A stretch of 29,386 nt of DNA, taken from positions 1 to 29,386 of IMG/VR virus record IMGVR_UViG_3300030406_004061; one strand, 5' to 3'. The notes under the pieces are model-generated. The model was not told where the DNA came from. It saw only the letters and a program-made list of their open reading frames with translations, and made no database searches. Below, piece by piece: positions 7,149-17,581 of this stretch; position 1 is the first letter of the stretch, and every line of letters starts with the position of its first letter. A program made the translations under genes and the position numbers. The DNA is from a virus (Duplodnaviria; Caudoviricetes).

Positions 7149-8782
7149 AATATACTCCTGTTGTTTGTTATTGGATTGTCTTCAATCATCAAACTGTAAT
7201 TCCATTGTTTGTCTTGATATTCTTTAGCGATGATTTGACATTTGATTTGATTGATTCCGTGGATGGTGGATGTTAATGAAACCACGTCACCCAAATATAG
7301 ATATCCATATTCAAAATCCGCTTGGATATCTACGATGTAATAACCCAACGCCCTTTGTCGTAATATGTTAGCGCCAATCCTTTGGACCGTGGAGTAATCC
7401 GTAACAAATTCCAATTCAATCTCTTGTTTTCTTACACCATACCGATTTTTCGAAATGGTTGTATATTGGCTATCCTTTACCGTGTAATATCCAAGATATT
7501 TATCAAAAAATCCACTATATCCATATTTAAGTGTTACCTCATTGATGATATCATCAGATTGAATGGATGGTGATATTGGCGATGTTAAACGGCAATTTTG
7601 ATCTACTGTAAAATCAAACAATGGTGTTGTACTGTTACGAAAAATCATTGGTATGATGGGACGTAATCCATTGGGACCGTTCACAATTTCCAATGGAAGG
7701 AATGGAATGATATTTGATTGGATGAATTGTTGAACGGTTATATCAGTGTTTATGTATCCAGTGAATTTGAATACATTGATATATTCACGGATGGCATCAA
7801 AGGAAGGAAAATCAATATTGGCTTTTGTCAACATCAATAAATAAAGAAGTAGATCACCGGCTTTTTCCAATGGACCATCACCAAATGGATTTGGGAAACC
7901 ACCGCCATTTGTCCATCGGATCCAATAGTACGGATTTCCGGCATTTTCGGACGTGCTTTGGTTTCCTTCAATCGCTGTTGTAACGGTCAAAACACTGATT
8001 TCATTTCCCAACAAATCAAATGATTGTGATATGTTGATTGATGCGGTGTTGTGTGCAAAATCAACCACTTCCACGGAAGCAGCTTCAACCGGATGTCCAG
8101 CTACCATCAATTCAAAAACACCACCAACCGAATTTTGTTCATTGTTTAAATATGCCGGCGTACAATAAATATCAGTGTTAAATATTCCACCGGTTGATGT
8201 TGTTTGTGGTATGTCATTTCCTGGGCTTCCAATGATAAATGGGTAGACCTTACCAATTGCCGTTGATTCGTGTGGATCAACAAATGTTTCCAAACTTATT
8301 TTTTTCTCCGGTTCTACGATTTGAATGATTTGATCATCCGTTTCATTTTCAATTGAAAACGCGACATATCCAACCGGTTGGTCAAAATGCCCAAACACGG
8401 ATTGTTTGATTTTTCCTTTCATTATCACAATTCGTTGTTCGTATACTTGCACGGGTTGAAAATCTTGTATCAATATATATGATACTTCAACCGATGATTC
8501 ATCCAATATATTTCCTTGGAATATCTGTTGTGATACGTTGATATTATCAAAATATACTTCCATTGGAATGGAATTGGATTCAGCGTTGAAACCTAATATG
8601 GAGGATTCCAAACGAAAAGCCGGATCATCGATGACACCTTGAAAAGATATTATTTCACCACCATCCGTTTCCACTTCAATTGGCATTGTGGAAAAATTGA
8701 AAAGTGATCCATTCCAATCGATTTCCATCAAAAAAACGATATCGGATCCAAGTAATTCAATATACGATGGTGACAATTTCAT
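7145..8782 (-). CDS. Tail tip/hub protein
   Basis: 545 aa, beta-rich and acidic; second gene after the tape measure; C-terminal LYLGDVVSLT is hub-like. Confidence 0.7.
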   Translation of the reverse strand: MKLSPSYIELLGSDIVFLMEIDWNGSLFNFSTMPIEVETDGGEIISFQGVIDDPAFRLESSILGFNAESNSIPMEVYFDNINVSQQIFQGNILDESSVEVSYILIQDFQPVQVYEQRIVIMKGKIKQSVFGHFDQPVGYVAFSIENETDDQIIQIVEPEKKISLETFVDPHESTAIGKVYPFIIGSPGNDIPQTTSTGGIFNTDIYCTPAYLNNEQNSVGGVFELMVAGHPVEAASVEVVDFAHNTASINISQSFDLLGNEISVLTVTTAIEGNQSTSENAGNPYYWIRWTNGGGFPNPFGDGPLEKAGDLLLYLLMLTKANIDFPSFDAIREYINVFKFTGYINTDITVQQFIQSNIIPFLPLEIVNGPNGLRPIIPMIFRNSTTPLFDFTVDQNCRLTSPISPSIQSDDIINEVTLKYGYSGFFDKYLGYYTVKDSQYTTISKNRYGVRKQEIELEFVTDYSTVQRIGANILRQRALGYYIVDIQADFEYGYLYLGDVVSLTSTIHGINQIKCQIIAKEYQDKQWNYSLMIEDNPITNNRSIL

Positions 8783-11700
8783 TATGTAATTTCTCTAATT
8801 TCAATTTGCGATATTCTAAAACATTCATCATCATTTTCATCACCAATGACATGATCAATGGAAATATCTGATGTTGTAATTCCATAAATGAAATCTTGAT
8901 ATCTATTAAATTTTCGGGATGTGGAACCGGCTTCAATCGCTGGTAGATAAACAACCGGCTTTCCAGCGCCATCCAAATATGTATATAATCCTATCAAACT
9001 GTAAGGAACATCACCAAAATTGGCGATATCGTAGATTGATGTATTGTTAAGTGTGTTGTATACATCACCGGTGAATGATGCATCAAATAATGATGTTTGA
9101 TCAACTGGATCGGACCATGTTATTCTTGCGGTCCTATGTCCAACACTACGAACACGGGTTTTAATTTGATTGTCTGATGTCTCTATAATATCCGTGTTCG
9201 ATTGATAACTTATTGATCTACCTCTACCGTATTGAGGCGCAAAAATGAACATCGAACCGTGAATGATTTGGCCAATTTCAAAATATTGATCCACGGTATC
9301 TTGTCCTGGAATTGTTATCCTCCATCTTGATGAAGATAAAACGGAATGTACGATTGTAAAATTCTTTGAAAATACTTTGAATGTACCCGTGGTTGGTTCC
9401 GTGTTGTCTATACCATCCAACACAAACGCCGCCGGTTTTCCATCAGGTGATCCCATCACACCGGCGGAATTTGATATTATTTTTCTTAGTTTGTTTGTAC
9501 TACCAAAATTCAACAAACACATGCATCCTGCGAATTCATTTTCAAATGCATAAAAGTAGCCACCGCCGGATGTTTGGCTTCTGACTGTGGATCCGGCCCG
9601 TGATAAATTACAAACCAATCCATCGGATAAATCCATTGTGCCCAATGAAACAAAACTACCAAGTTGTTCATATTCTAGCGTAAATGTTTGGAAGTTACAT
9701 CCAAGTAATGTAACGGCGCCCATGTTATTTGTAGCTACATCGGTTACGGTATCATTTCCATATGTAAACCAGACAATTGTTTGTGATGTTGTATTGGTTG
9801 ACCTCCATTTGATCCGTGGTGATGTATTGACATCAAAAATAACTCTTTCCAATGGATGATCATATTGTTTAATAATTTGGTATTTGTCACCAATTCGCGC
9901 CGGTCCATCAATGGTTGATATACTACATCCACCGTTCACGTATTGTTTCAAACCGTTAGATGGATATGGATAACCAATCAACGGTGGAATGGTTGAAAAT
10001 CCATCGGATGTTGATCCAACATGGAATTCATACCATTTTGATGTGATGGATGATGTGGCTGTTGTTATATGTCCCCATTTTATGGTATTTTCCGCACCGG
10101 TTGACGCTATACTTGTCACGGATGATTCCACTATTTTATTCCAATTTTTTCGGCTACGATATACATCATAATTGATCCAAACAAGTATATTTGGACCGGT
10201 GTATGATATCAACATTTCAAATTGTTGTGATGAATGACCGGATGAATTACCCAATGATGAGGATCCACCAACATCAAAAACATCAATCGCGTTTGTATCA
10301 ATCCTTATTTCAACAACATAACGATTTGAACCAGTATCATATATCAATTCCACACCACGTTGTGTTGATGCATTGGAACCACCCAAAACCGGTTTGACAC
10401 GGAAACGAATGATGGATGTAGATCCAAAATTTGTATCCGTATAATAAACTTTTGATCCGGTGTTACCCGTGATTGTATATTCACCGTCTTGAATGATATC
10501 TGTTACGGATCCACTAGCTATTCGGGTATATAATCCGGTGTTATGTGGCTCATCGAATGGAAACCATGTCAAACGGAATGATTGAATATCAAATTTGTTT
10601 GTAAAAATACCGGTGTCCGTTTTTACCTCCAATGATACCGTGGACGCTGTATTGTAATATATAACATGAACAGAATTATCATCCGGTCCTGGATTGGCTA
10701 TATGGCTGGAAAATAATCCACTTCTACCATCAACATATCGCGCGTGAATATCAATCAATGAAGTTTGTGTGTCTTGATGATCTATCAAATAAGGTTGTGT
10801 AGCTTGTACAAAATTATCTAACTTTCCATCGATAGAAAAATGAATGATTGTGGATAAAAGTGTGGTCCCACTTGTAAATCTTGATCTTGATAAAACGTGT
10901 TTTTCGCCATTTGGCATTTCATAAGATGTACATTCGCCGTTTTGTAGCAAATTGGACACCAAACGACATGTGGCCAATGCTGAAAATCCCCCGCCGGAAT
11001 AGTCTACAACATTATGATAATCATTACCAGCGATTTGATCAATGATGGATGATCCACCATCGGAAAATGAAAGAATAGAAACAAAATCTGGATCACGGAT
11101 CCACGTGAAAATGAAATCACCATTGATATCACTATATAAATCAGGTTGATATATATATTCATCTGTTTGGATGGATTCATCAACCAATGAAAACGACATT
11201 CCACCATTGATTGACAAATATTGTTGGATACGATTTCGGTTTGTTTCCAGTGATGAAAACCAATAATATGAAAGAATCAAAACCAATTGACCACGTGAAT
11301 ATGCCATTCGTATCTTTTGCGGTAATTTTTCCAAAACATTGATTTTTTGTGGAAGCGCCCCGATACTCACCAAATGCCAATTTTCACCATCATCCGTTGA
11401 ACGATACAATGAAATGTTGAAAAAATTATTATCATCGTATTGTATAACAGCTAATAAGATGGAACGATCATCCATCAAAACCATCGATGGACAAATGATT
11501 TCCGTAGATAATACGCTGTTTGATATTTCCACGGTTAATTTGTTTGTCCAAGTGGATGTAGTGTCATTATTTAAACACTTATCCACCAATAAAAATTTAT
11601 TATTTGATCCGGTTTGTCGTTGATATGCCACCAATTTGTCACCGGTTTCCAATGGTAAAAAATACGGATCATTGTAATTTGAAGATGTTTCGGCGGCGAT

Positions 11701-12015
11701 CATTTCAAATCCGGAAAGCGCATTTCGTCCAAATTGACCATATTCCGTTGATTCACCGGTTTGATAGAATTTGAACATCGGTGGATTTTGCACATCACCA
11801 GCTGTTCCACCACGGATTGATTCAATGGTGATATCCTCGAAATCGTTTTGATCTCCAAATGCAGATAATGACATGTCATTTGATGTTAGATTTTTCGGGC
11901 TTCCACACCGTCCACCGGATTGTGTCGCGGTTGTGGATGTAGAATCAATTGATGATGGTTGAAATGGTGACGGCACCAAAAAACCACGAAAATATTCTTG
12001 TGTTTTCAATCCCAT
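8782..12015 (-). CDS. Large tail protein with Asp-box (BNR) beta-propeller region
   Basis: YRSTDDGENW and YLSINGGMSF Asp-boxes; ATG at 12015 directly follows the tape measure stop. Confidence 0.75.
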   Translation of the reverse strand: MGLKTQEYFRGFLVPSPFQPSSIDSTSTTATQSGGRCGSPKNLTSNDMSLSAFGDQNDFEDITIESIRGGTAGDVQNPPMFKFYQTGESTEYGQFGRNALSGFEMIAAETSSNYNDPYFLPLETGDKLVAYQRQTGSNNKFLLVDKCLNNDTTSTWTNKLTVEISNSVLSTEIICPSMVLMDDRSILLAVIQYDDNNFFNISLYRSTDDGENWHLVSIGALPQKINVLEKLPQKIRMAYSRGQLVLILSYYWFSSLETNRNRIQQYLSINGGMSFSLVDESIQTDEYIYQPDLYSDINGDFIFTWIRDPDFVSILSFSDGGSSIIDQIAGNDYHNVVDYSGGGFSALATCRLVSNLLQNGECTSYEMPNGEKHVLSRSRFTSGTTLLSTIIHFSIDGKLDNFVQATQPYLIDHQDTQTSLIDIHARYVDGRSGLFSSHIANPGPDDNSVHVIYYNTASTVSLEVKTDTGIFTNKFDIQSFRLTWFPFDEPHNTGLYTRIASGSVTDIIQDGEYTITGNTGSKVYYTDTNFGSTSIIRFRVKPVLGGSNASTQRGVELIYDTGSNRYVVEIRIDTNAIDVFDVGGSSSLGNSSGHSSQQFEMLISYTGPNILVWINYDVYRSRKNWNKIVESSVTSIASTGAENTIKWGHITTATSSITSKWYEFHVGSTSDGFSTIPPLIGYPYPSNGLKQYVNGGCSISTIDGPARIGDKYQIIKQYDHPLERVIFDVNTSPRIKWRSTNTTSQTIVWFTYGNDTVTDVATNNMGAVTLLGCNFQTFTLEYEQLGSFVSLGTMDLSDGLVCNLSRAGSTVRSQTSGGGYFYAFENEFAGCMCLLNFGSTNKLRKIISNSAGVMGSPDGKPAAFVLDGIDNTEPTTGTFKVFSKNFTIVHSVLSSSRWRITIPGQDTVDQYFEIGQIIHGSMFIFAPQYGRGRSISYQSNTDIIETSDNQIKTRVRSVGHRTARITWSDPVDQTSLFDASFTGDVYNTLNNTSIYDIANFGDVPYSLIGLYTYLDGAGKPVVYLPAIEAGSTSRKFNRYQDFIYGITTSDISIDHVIGDENDDECFRISQIEIREIT

Positions 12016-12016
12016 G

Positions 12017-14242
12017 TTAATACCTACCTGATGCGCGTTTGGATCCAAAACGACCGCGTTTTTCATTTGCTGATAAAAAACGATCAAAATGTTTAAATGG
12101 TTGAATCACTACAACATTTGATTGTGGTGTGTTTTGTAAATCTCTTATTCCTTGTTCTCCTCCCAATCTTTGTACGGTTGAACGGTCCAAAACCGCTTCT
12201 CCTGACAATAATTGCGCTTGGGTTTGGTCCGGTGCCAATGGATCCGATTGTCCAACCATACCACCAACATCAAATTTTGGTGGTGGTTGTGATTGTACGG
12301 CCGCCAATTCTAATCCTGCTTTTCCGGCTGCTAATGCAGCAATTCCAACGGAAGCGGGAAAAGGGAAATCAGCAAAAGCGCGCGCGCTGGCTTGAGCCAT
12401 GTCCATCAATATCGCCGCTACAGATGCCGCTTGTTTCATTCGAAACGCTTTCATCATTTGGTTTTGGATACTGGTTTGATACGCTTTTTCTATATCTTCG
12501 CGCCGTTTGGCGGATTCCTCGGCGGTAATCGTTCCGGCCTTTTCCAATTTCATAATGTTTTCAATAGCTGCATCACGATTTTGGACAAAATGATTCACGG
12601 TTTGATCTTGAATTTCCATGAATGCCGATGATATTCCACCAACCAATGATGTAACCTCATTGAAATAGTTTTGGATGCTTTCCATCCGTTTGGCTGCCAT
12701 TTCATCAATCGCTTGACTATCAATTTCTACAATATCACGTTGTAATTTCTTTTCGGATTGGAACCGCGCTTCATTGGCGTTTTCGATGGTTTGTTGGAAT
12801 TCATGCAACATACCAACACGGCGTTGGTTATATTCTTCTTCACTGATGGTTCCATCATCTAACGCTTGTTTCAATTCTTTGGATCGTTCCATCCTTGATT
12901 TTTGTTCAGCCAAAACAATTTCATCAATCATATCCAACCGTTTTTGATGATTTTGTTTTACTACTTCAATATCATCCAATTCACCTTGAAACAATTCAAC
13001 GGACATTTCTTTTAATTTGGATTGTGCAAAAAACATTTGTTGTAATACATCCAAATCATCTTTTCGAACTTCAATCAATTTTTTGACTTGTTTGATTTTT
13101 TCATCATTTTCTTTTGATTGTCTTTTGTGGTTCCGTGTTTGGCTAGCTGAATCATCATCATTTTGATTTCGTATAAGATTTCGCGCACGTCTTAACGCTG
13201 ATAATTCTTCCTCTACATTATCAATCATGTGTACAAAATTGGAAATCACATCACCCGCTTCAATAAATGATTGTTGCATTTCATCACCGGCGCCCGTGAA
13301 ATCACCCGACAACGCCAAATGAATCGCGTTAATTTGATGTATAATTCCTCTTATGGGTTGCGCTAATGCTTCAAATGTTGCAATGAATATGTGTTTAAAT
13401 GATATTATAAATCCCGTTGTTTCATCAATAGCCGATGTCAATCCATTGGTTCCGGTGATGGACATTAATATATCTTGCATGGCGCCGGTTCCAACTGTAC
13501 TTAAATCAGCCATAGCCCGTTGAAAATCGGCCGCTTGTTTCACGGCCTCCGGTCCTACATTCACACCAAATTCACGCCCTAGGGAAACAAATTCATCCAA
13601 AGCACCAACGGCACCGGATTGTGCGAATATCGCGCCGGATTCACCAAACATTTTCATCAATAAACTATTTCTTTCCAAATCGGATTCCATATCACCCAAT
13701 GATGACATCATTTCCCTAAATACTGTATCGGCATCTTTCAAATTGCCATTGGTATCATTGATTTGTACACCCATCTTATCAAACAATTCAATTGCATTTT
13801 TATTTTGGTTGTTTGCTTCCACCATAAAGAATTGTAGTTTTTGCAATGGTCCAATAAATTGTTCAAATGCCAATCCGGATCCTTCCGCGGCAATTTTCAA
13901 ACCTTGCAATGTTTCCGCGGCGATACCCGTTTTTGTGGATGTGTCCACCAAATCATTGGTGGCATCGGCCACACGTTGTCCAAATGCCAATAATGCAACA
14001 CCGGCGCCGGCGATGGCGGCTCCTGCTGTTTGCGCTCCTTTTGCCATTCCGGAAAACTTTTGTTTGAATGATTTGGCGCTTTTTTTACTTGCCTTTTCAA
14101 ACTGCTTCAGTTCTTTTTCCACCTCATTGATGGCTTTTTTCATTTGATCCTCAGTGATACCAGGAATACGTTTCAAAGCACGTTCCAACGCTCCAATATT
14201 CGCCGTATAACTGATTTCAATCGTCTTGTTTACGTCTGCCAT
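12017..14242 (-). CDS. Tape measure protein
   Basis: 741 aa helical A/G-rich with hydrophobic stretches; C-terminal FDVGGMVG...D...AQLLSGEAV motif. Confidence 0.9.
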   Translation of the reverse strand: MADVNKTIEISYTANIGALERALKRIPGITEDQMKKAINEVEKELKQFEKASKKSAKSFKQKFSGMAKGAQTAGAAIAGAGVALLAFGQRVADATNDLVDTSTKTGIAAETLQGLKIAAEGSGLAFEQFIGPLQKLQFFMVEANNQNKNAIELFDKMGVQINDTNGNLKDADTVFREMMSSLGDMESDLERNSLLMKMFGESGAIFAQSGAVGALDEFVSLGREFGVNVGPEAVKQAADFQRAMADLSTVGTGAMQDILMSITGTNGLTSAIDETTGFIISFKHIFIATFEALAQPIRGIIHQINAIHLALSGDFTGAGDEMQQSFIEAGDVISNFVHMIDNVEEELSALRRARNLIRNQNDDDSASQTRNHKRQSKENDEKIKQVKKLIEVRKDDLDVLQQMFFAQSKLKEMSVELFQGELDDIEVVKQNHQKRLDMIDEIVLAEQKSRMERSKELKQALDDGTISEEEYNQRRVGMLHEFQQTIENANEARFQSEKKLQRDIVEIDSQAIDEMAAKRMESIQNYFNEVTSLVGGISSAFMEIQDQTVNHFVQNRDAAIENIMKLEKAGTITAEESAKRREDIEKAYQTSIQNQMMKAFRMKQAASVAAILMDMAQASARAFADFPFPASVGIAALAAGKAGLELAAVQSQPPPKFDVGGMVGQSDPLAPDQTQAQLLSGEAVLDRSTVQRLGGEQGIRDLQNTPQSNVVVIQPFKHFDRFLSANEKRGRFGSKRASGRY

Positions 14243-14718
14243 TACGCAACCCTCCTAACGATTTTCAAATATTCATTGGCCATTTTTTCCGCAACATTTT
14301 GGGCTTGTTTTTTCATTGGATCAAATAAGAGTTTCGAAAACGCATGTTGACCTTGGCCCAGTGGAACCAAACGATTGTCTTTTGTTTCGGATAGAAATTC
14401 TTTTGATGTACGAATCATAAAAACATATTGTGCGTTATTGTTTATACTGACTTTCAATCCAATATTTCCACCGGTGATTACCTTCTTTGATTGTATAAAA
14501 AACATGTCACGTGAATGTGGTTTGTTTGCGATTGATCTGGATCGTCGATGATTGTATGGCCAATTCTTTTTCGTGTTGTTCAAAATAGGGACCAGCGCCA
14601 TTTTCATCTCAATTTCCAACGGTCTTAACAAATCATCCAAACCATCTTCAAATATTTCCAAAGCGGCGGAATTTGATTTGATGGTGTGACCGGATGATGT
14701 TTTGATTTCAAATCCCAT
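14242..14718 (-). CDS. Tail completion/neck protein (HK97 gp10-like)
   Basis: Size, basic character, NNAQYV motif and tail-module position. Confidence 0.5.
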   Translation of the reverse strand: MGFEIKTSSGHTIKSNSAALEIFEDGLDDLLRPLEIEMKMALVPILNNTKKNWPYNHRRSRSIANKPHSRDMFFIQSKKVITGGNIGLKVSINNNAQYVFMIRTSKEFLSETKDNRLVPLGQGQHAFSKLLFDPMKKQAQNVAEKMANEYLKIVRRVA

Positions 14719-14950
14719 TGGATCCCTTTCTGATATATTTTTCGCGTTGTTTCAAAAATCGTTCTTTTTTCAATCGGTTTTTTCTTTTCTGAATATTTTT
14801 TGGATCCATTCTTGTCAATCGGTAATGAGCTATCAAATCGATTTGTATTTGCTTATCTTGATTTATAAACCATCCAGGACATTGATTCCAATCCTTTTCA
14901 ATGTCCAAAATTATTCTTTGGATGGATCCTCTTGTTCCAATGAAAAATTT
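14708..14950 (-). CDS. -1 frameshift extension of the tail assembly chaperone (gpGT-like)
   Basis: The -1 frame is open from the slippery site to the stop at 14708; only a weak TTG start of its own. Confidence 0.7.
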   Translation of the reverse strand, partial: KFFIGTRGSIQRIILDIEKDWNQCPGWFINQDKQIQIDLIAHYRLTRMDPKNIQKRKNRLKKERFLKQREKYIRKGSNGI

Positions 14951-15294
14951 TCCCTTTCTTCGACCTCATCATTTGATGGTATTTTGGAACCGGCCAAAAC
15001 CAAACATTTGGAACCAGCTGTGATTATATCACCCAATGGAACATTGTTTTTCAAAAGCCAATCTTGCATGGTTGCGCCATACATCATTGGATCACAATCG
15101 ATTGTTGAATATTTTGGTGGATGGATTGATGGACATAAAACACCAATTGACGCCGCCGCCAATCTACCAAATCGCGCACGATTGCCATTTGTGGATGATT
15201 GCTCAAACACAATATCCAACAATATCGATATACTTTTTGGATATTCAATGTCCACCATTCCAAATTTTCCAAGTTTAATTTGTTGATCTTGCAT
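14911..15294 (-). CDS. Tail assembly chaperone (gpG-like)
   Basis: Follows the tail tube gene; SD AAGGAGG; ends with a slippery heptamer. Confidence 0.75.
   Translation of the reverse strand: MQDQQIKLGKFGMVDIEYPKSISILLDIVFEQSSTNGNRARFGRLAAASIGVLCPSIHPPKYSTIDCDPMMYGATMQDWLLKNNVPLGDIITAGSKCLVLAGSKIPSNDEVEERENFSLEQEDPSKE
14944..14950 (-). other. Programmed -1 ribosomal frameshift heptamer A AAT TTT
   Basis: X XXY YYZ pattern in the correct phase (GAA AAT TTT TCA). Confidence 0.72.
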
Positions 15295-15321
15295 GTTTCC
15301 TCCTTTGCAAGTTTTATATTA

Positions 15322-15825
15322 TTACGGTGTGAAAGTACTTCTAACAATACCACCATAACATTCACCGGTCAATGATATTGAATCCGGATCCCCTTCTGAA
15401 ATTTGATATGTTAGTAAACATTTGGATAACGTGGCGCGATGTCCAACGACCTCCGCACCAACTGACGTTTTATCAACATCAAAATCAATATCAACCAAAT
15501 ATTGCTCATATCCATTTCCACCGGTTGAAACATATGATGATGCGTTTCCAGTTTTCATGATGAAATCAATGATGGAATCGGATGATGCATTGGTTAATTC
15601 CCGCATGTGAACCGTAAATGAAAATGATAACACGGGATCATCGGCGGATCTCAACCCAACAATGGTTCCACGATCACGAATTACGACACGGTCGGCCTTT
15701 TCTTCGGTATAAGTGAAATCTCCATTCTCATATGCGACTTCATACGCGTTTGGTGTTGGTGATGTTCCATCCTTTATAAAAATTTTACCGTCGCGACGAA
15801 CTGCGACACTGGTAGATTCGGCCAT
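15322..15825 (-). CDS. Major tail (tube) protein
   Basis: 167 aa, acidic and beta-rich; SD AAGGAG; upstream of the chaperone. Confidence 0.75.
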   Translation of the reverse strand: MAESTSVAVRRDGKIFIKDGTSPTPNAYEVAYENGDFTYTEEKADRVVIRDRGTIVGLRSADDPVLSFSFTVHMRELTNASSDSIIDFIMKTGNASSYVSTGGNGYEQYLVDIDFDVDKTSVGAEVVGHRATLSKCLLTYQISEGDPDSISLTGECYGGIVRSTFTP

Positions 15826-15835
15826 GATTGACTCC

Positions 15836-16285
15836 TTAATTTATTGGTAGATAATGATATGCATCGTAAAACGATGATGAAAAATAAAATTCTCCACTGT
15901 CCGATATTTCGCGTTGTGCGTTGATAAATCGGAAATGTGTATTGTTATATAAATCCGTGTCAGTACGGTCCAAAATTGCTTTGATTATGGATTGTTCTTT
16001 GTTCAAAAGATTATCATAATCGGCATTTTGTGACAACGGACGAACACGAAATGAAAAACGTACTTCAATTTGTGTGATACATTCCACACCTTCCAATGGT
16101 CTTTGACGACCTGAAACGGCGGATGTAGCATTGGCACCAACGGCAAAAGCCAAATGTGCAACGGTTTGTTGTGTTTTTCCAAACATCAAAATGGGAAATG
16201 TAGACCGACGAAAACCACCACCGGATATTCCTGTGACGGCATCGGAAACATTATCTTGTATATTGGAAACACTGATTGTTGACAT
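15836..16285 (-). CDS. Tail terminator/head-tail joining protein
   Basis: Size and position just before the tail tube gene. Confidence 0.55.
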   Translation of the reverse strand: MSTISVSNIQDNVSDAVTGISGGGFRRSTFPILMFGKTQQTVAHLAFAVGANATSAVSGRQRPLEGVECITQIEVRFSFRVRPLSQNADYDNLLNKEQSIIKAILDRTDTDLYNNTHFRFINAQREISDSGEFYFSSSFYDAYHYLPIN

Positions 16286-17052
16286 TATCGCATCCTACGA
16301 CGGTAAAACGCCCGCGGTGGATCGGATAAATAGATTTGACTTACACCACCGGTTCGTTCATATGGATCATCCATAACGCCATCCTCATCTTCATCATAAC
16401 GAAAATTCATTGATGAAAACGTTCTTTCAAACGCTCGTTCATGTTCGCGTGCAAGATCCAAATAACGTCCTTCACTTTGGCCCAATGCTGAATGAAGCGC
16501 GCGCCAAATAATCGACAAACAAAGGTTCAAATGTGGTTCCCTCAATGCATGAGGATCCATTATCAAATAAGGAAGCCGGCCGGCGATACGTATTCTATTC
16601 AACACTTGAAACCAAGATTCATCAATCCACTTTTGCCATGATGTTTCCGTGGTTGGAAGCAAATTCGCCAAATCCGGATATAATGTTGTTAAATCAATAT
16701 CTGATATCACCGGATAAATTGGAGATAAACAAATATAAGCTGGACGTTTGAAAGTATATTGTGTTGAACCAATTGTGATTTTCCACGTTTCCATCCACCC
16801 TTCGGATAACGTTGTGGTTTCGGGTACTTGTGACGCTGCAATGGTGTATTGTGCCGAACTATCAACTTTGTTCACCAATACATCTTGCAAGATATATTTT
16901 CCGGTTTGATCCTGTAAAGAATACAAACCGGATGTGAAATCAATCTTTGCGCCATCACGATACACTTCCAAAACAACCAATTGTGTTTTGGCGCGTTGGA
17001 TCAATTGTGGCGCTCGGATACGTGGCGCGTATGGTGTTGATAATTCGGGCAT
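16285..17052 (-). CDS. Head-tail adaptor protein
   Basis: Position after the capsid genes; helical C-terminal half typical of adaptors. Confidence 0.55.
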   Translation of the reverse strand: MPELSTPYAPRIRAPQLIQRAKTQLVVLEVYRDGAKIDFTSGLYSLQDQTGKYILQDVLVNKVDSSAQYTIAASQVPETTTLSEGWMETWKITIGSTQYTFKRPAYICLSPIYPVISDIDLTTLYPDLANLLPTTETSWQKWIDESWFQVLNRIRIAGRLPYLIMDPHALREPHLNLCLSIIWRALHSALGQSEGRYLDLAREHERAFERTFSSMNFRYDEDEDGVMDDPYERTGGVSQIYLSDPPRAFYRRRMR

Positions 17053-17063
17053 GATTCATCCAA

Positions 17064-17402
17064 TTATGCTTTGATAACTACAAACCAATTTGAACCATCG
17101 GAGACACACAAACATCCTTCACCGGCGGCGGCCAATGTTGTTTTGGTGGCTCCATTATGATCGTTTACATTACAATCTTGTGATGATGCCGCATCGGTTG
17201 ATATCGCGAAATATGCGCCATCTTTTGGTGATGGTAATTTAACCGTTCTAGCCGATACACCATCCGATGTTATGATTTGATACATGGAATCCTTATATGT
17301 CAATTCTTTATTGGTTGATGTCAATGTTTCAACATTCACACCATTTTTAAATTGAAAATGTCGAGCTACTTTGAAAGCTTGACTGGAATTATAACTAGCC
17401 AT
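17064..17402 (-). CDS. Probable head decoration/fibre protein
   Basis: Beta-rich 112 aa; RTVKLP...G...SDGSNW pattern common in virion decoration domains. Confidence 0.55.
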   Translation of the reverse strand: MASYNSSQAFKVARHFQFKNGVNVETLTSTNKELTYKDSMYQIITSDGVSARTVKLPSPKDGAYFAISTDAASSQDCNVNDHNGATKTTLAAAGEGCLCVSDGSNWFVVIKA

Positions 17403-17434
17403 TTCTATATCCTTGGGTTGTTGTTAGATATTCT

Positions 17435-17581
17435 CTATTTTTTTTTAGAGTCATGACGAATTGCGATTTTTTGCGCTGTTTGTCTTGCCTCCGAGTAATT
17501 GATTTTTGGATTTTGTTTGATAATACGTTTGGCCATATTTTGGACGGCCTGATATTTTTTATCATAATCTGATTTTTTCAT
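17435..17581 (-). CDS. Small basic protein, 48 aa (not in the ORF track)
   Basis: ATGA overlap with the upstream stop; MKKSDYDKKYQAVQNMAKRIIKQNPKINYSEARQTAQKIAIRHDSKKK. Confidence 0.7.
   Translation of the reverse strand: MKKSDYDKKYQAVQNMAKRIIKQNPKINYSEARQTAQKIAIRHDSKKK

Noticed and set aside
12016-12087. Upstream start extensions in the ORF track (12087, also 6715, 18261, 23290, 29344)
   Set aside because: Downstream ATGs have better SDs or stop-start coupling; 29344 lies at or upstream of the predicted TSS
12097-15286. Long plus-strand ORFs (e.g. 12097-12528, 13743-14147, 14702-15286; also 26105-26608, 27145-27657)
   Set aside because: Antisense shadows of well-supported genes with no SD or motifs; scarcity of CTA on the coding strand may lengthen such ORFs
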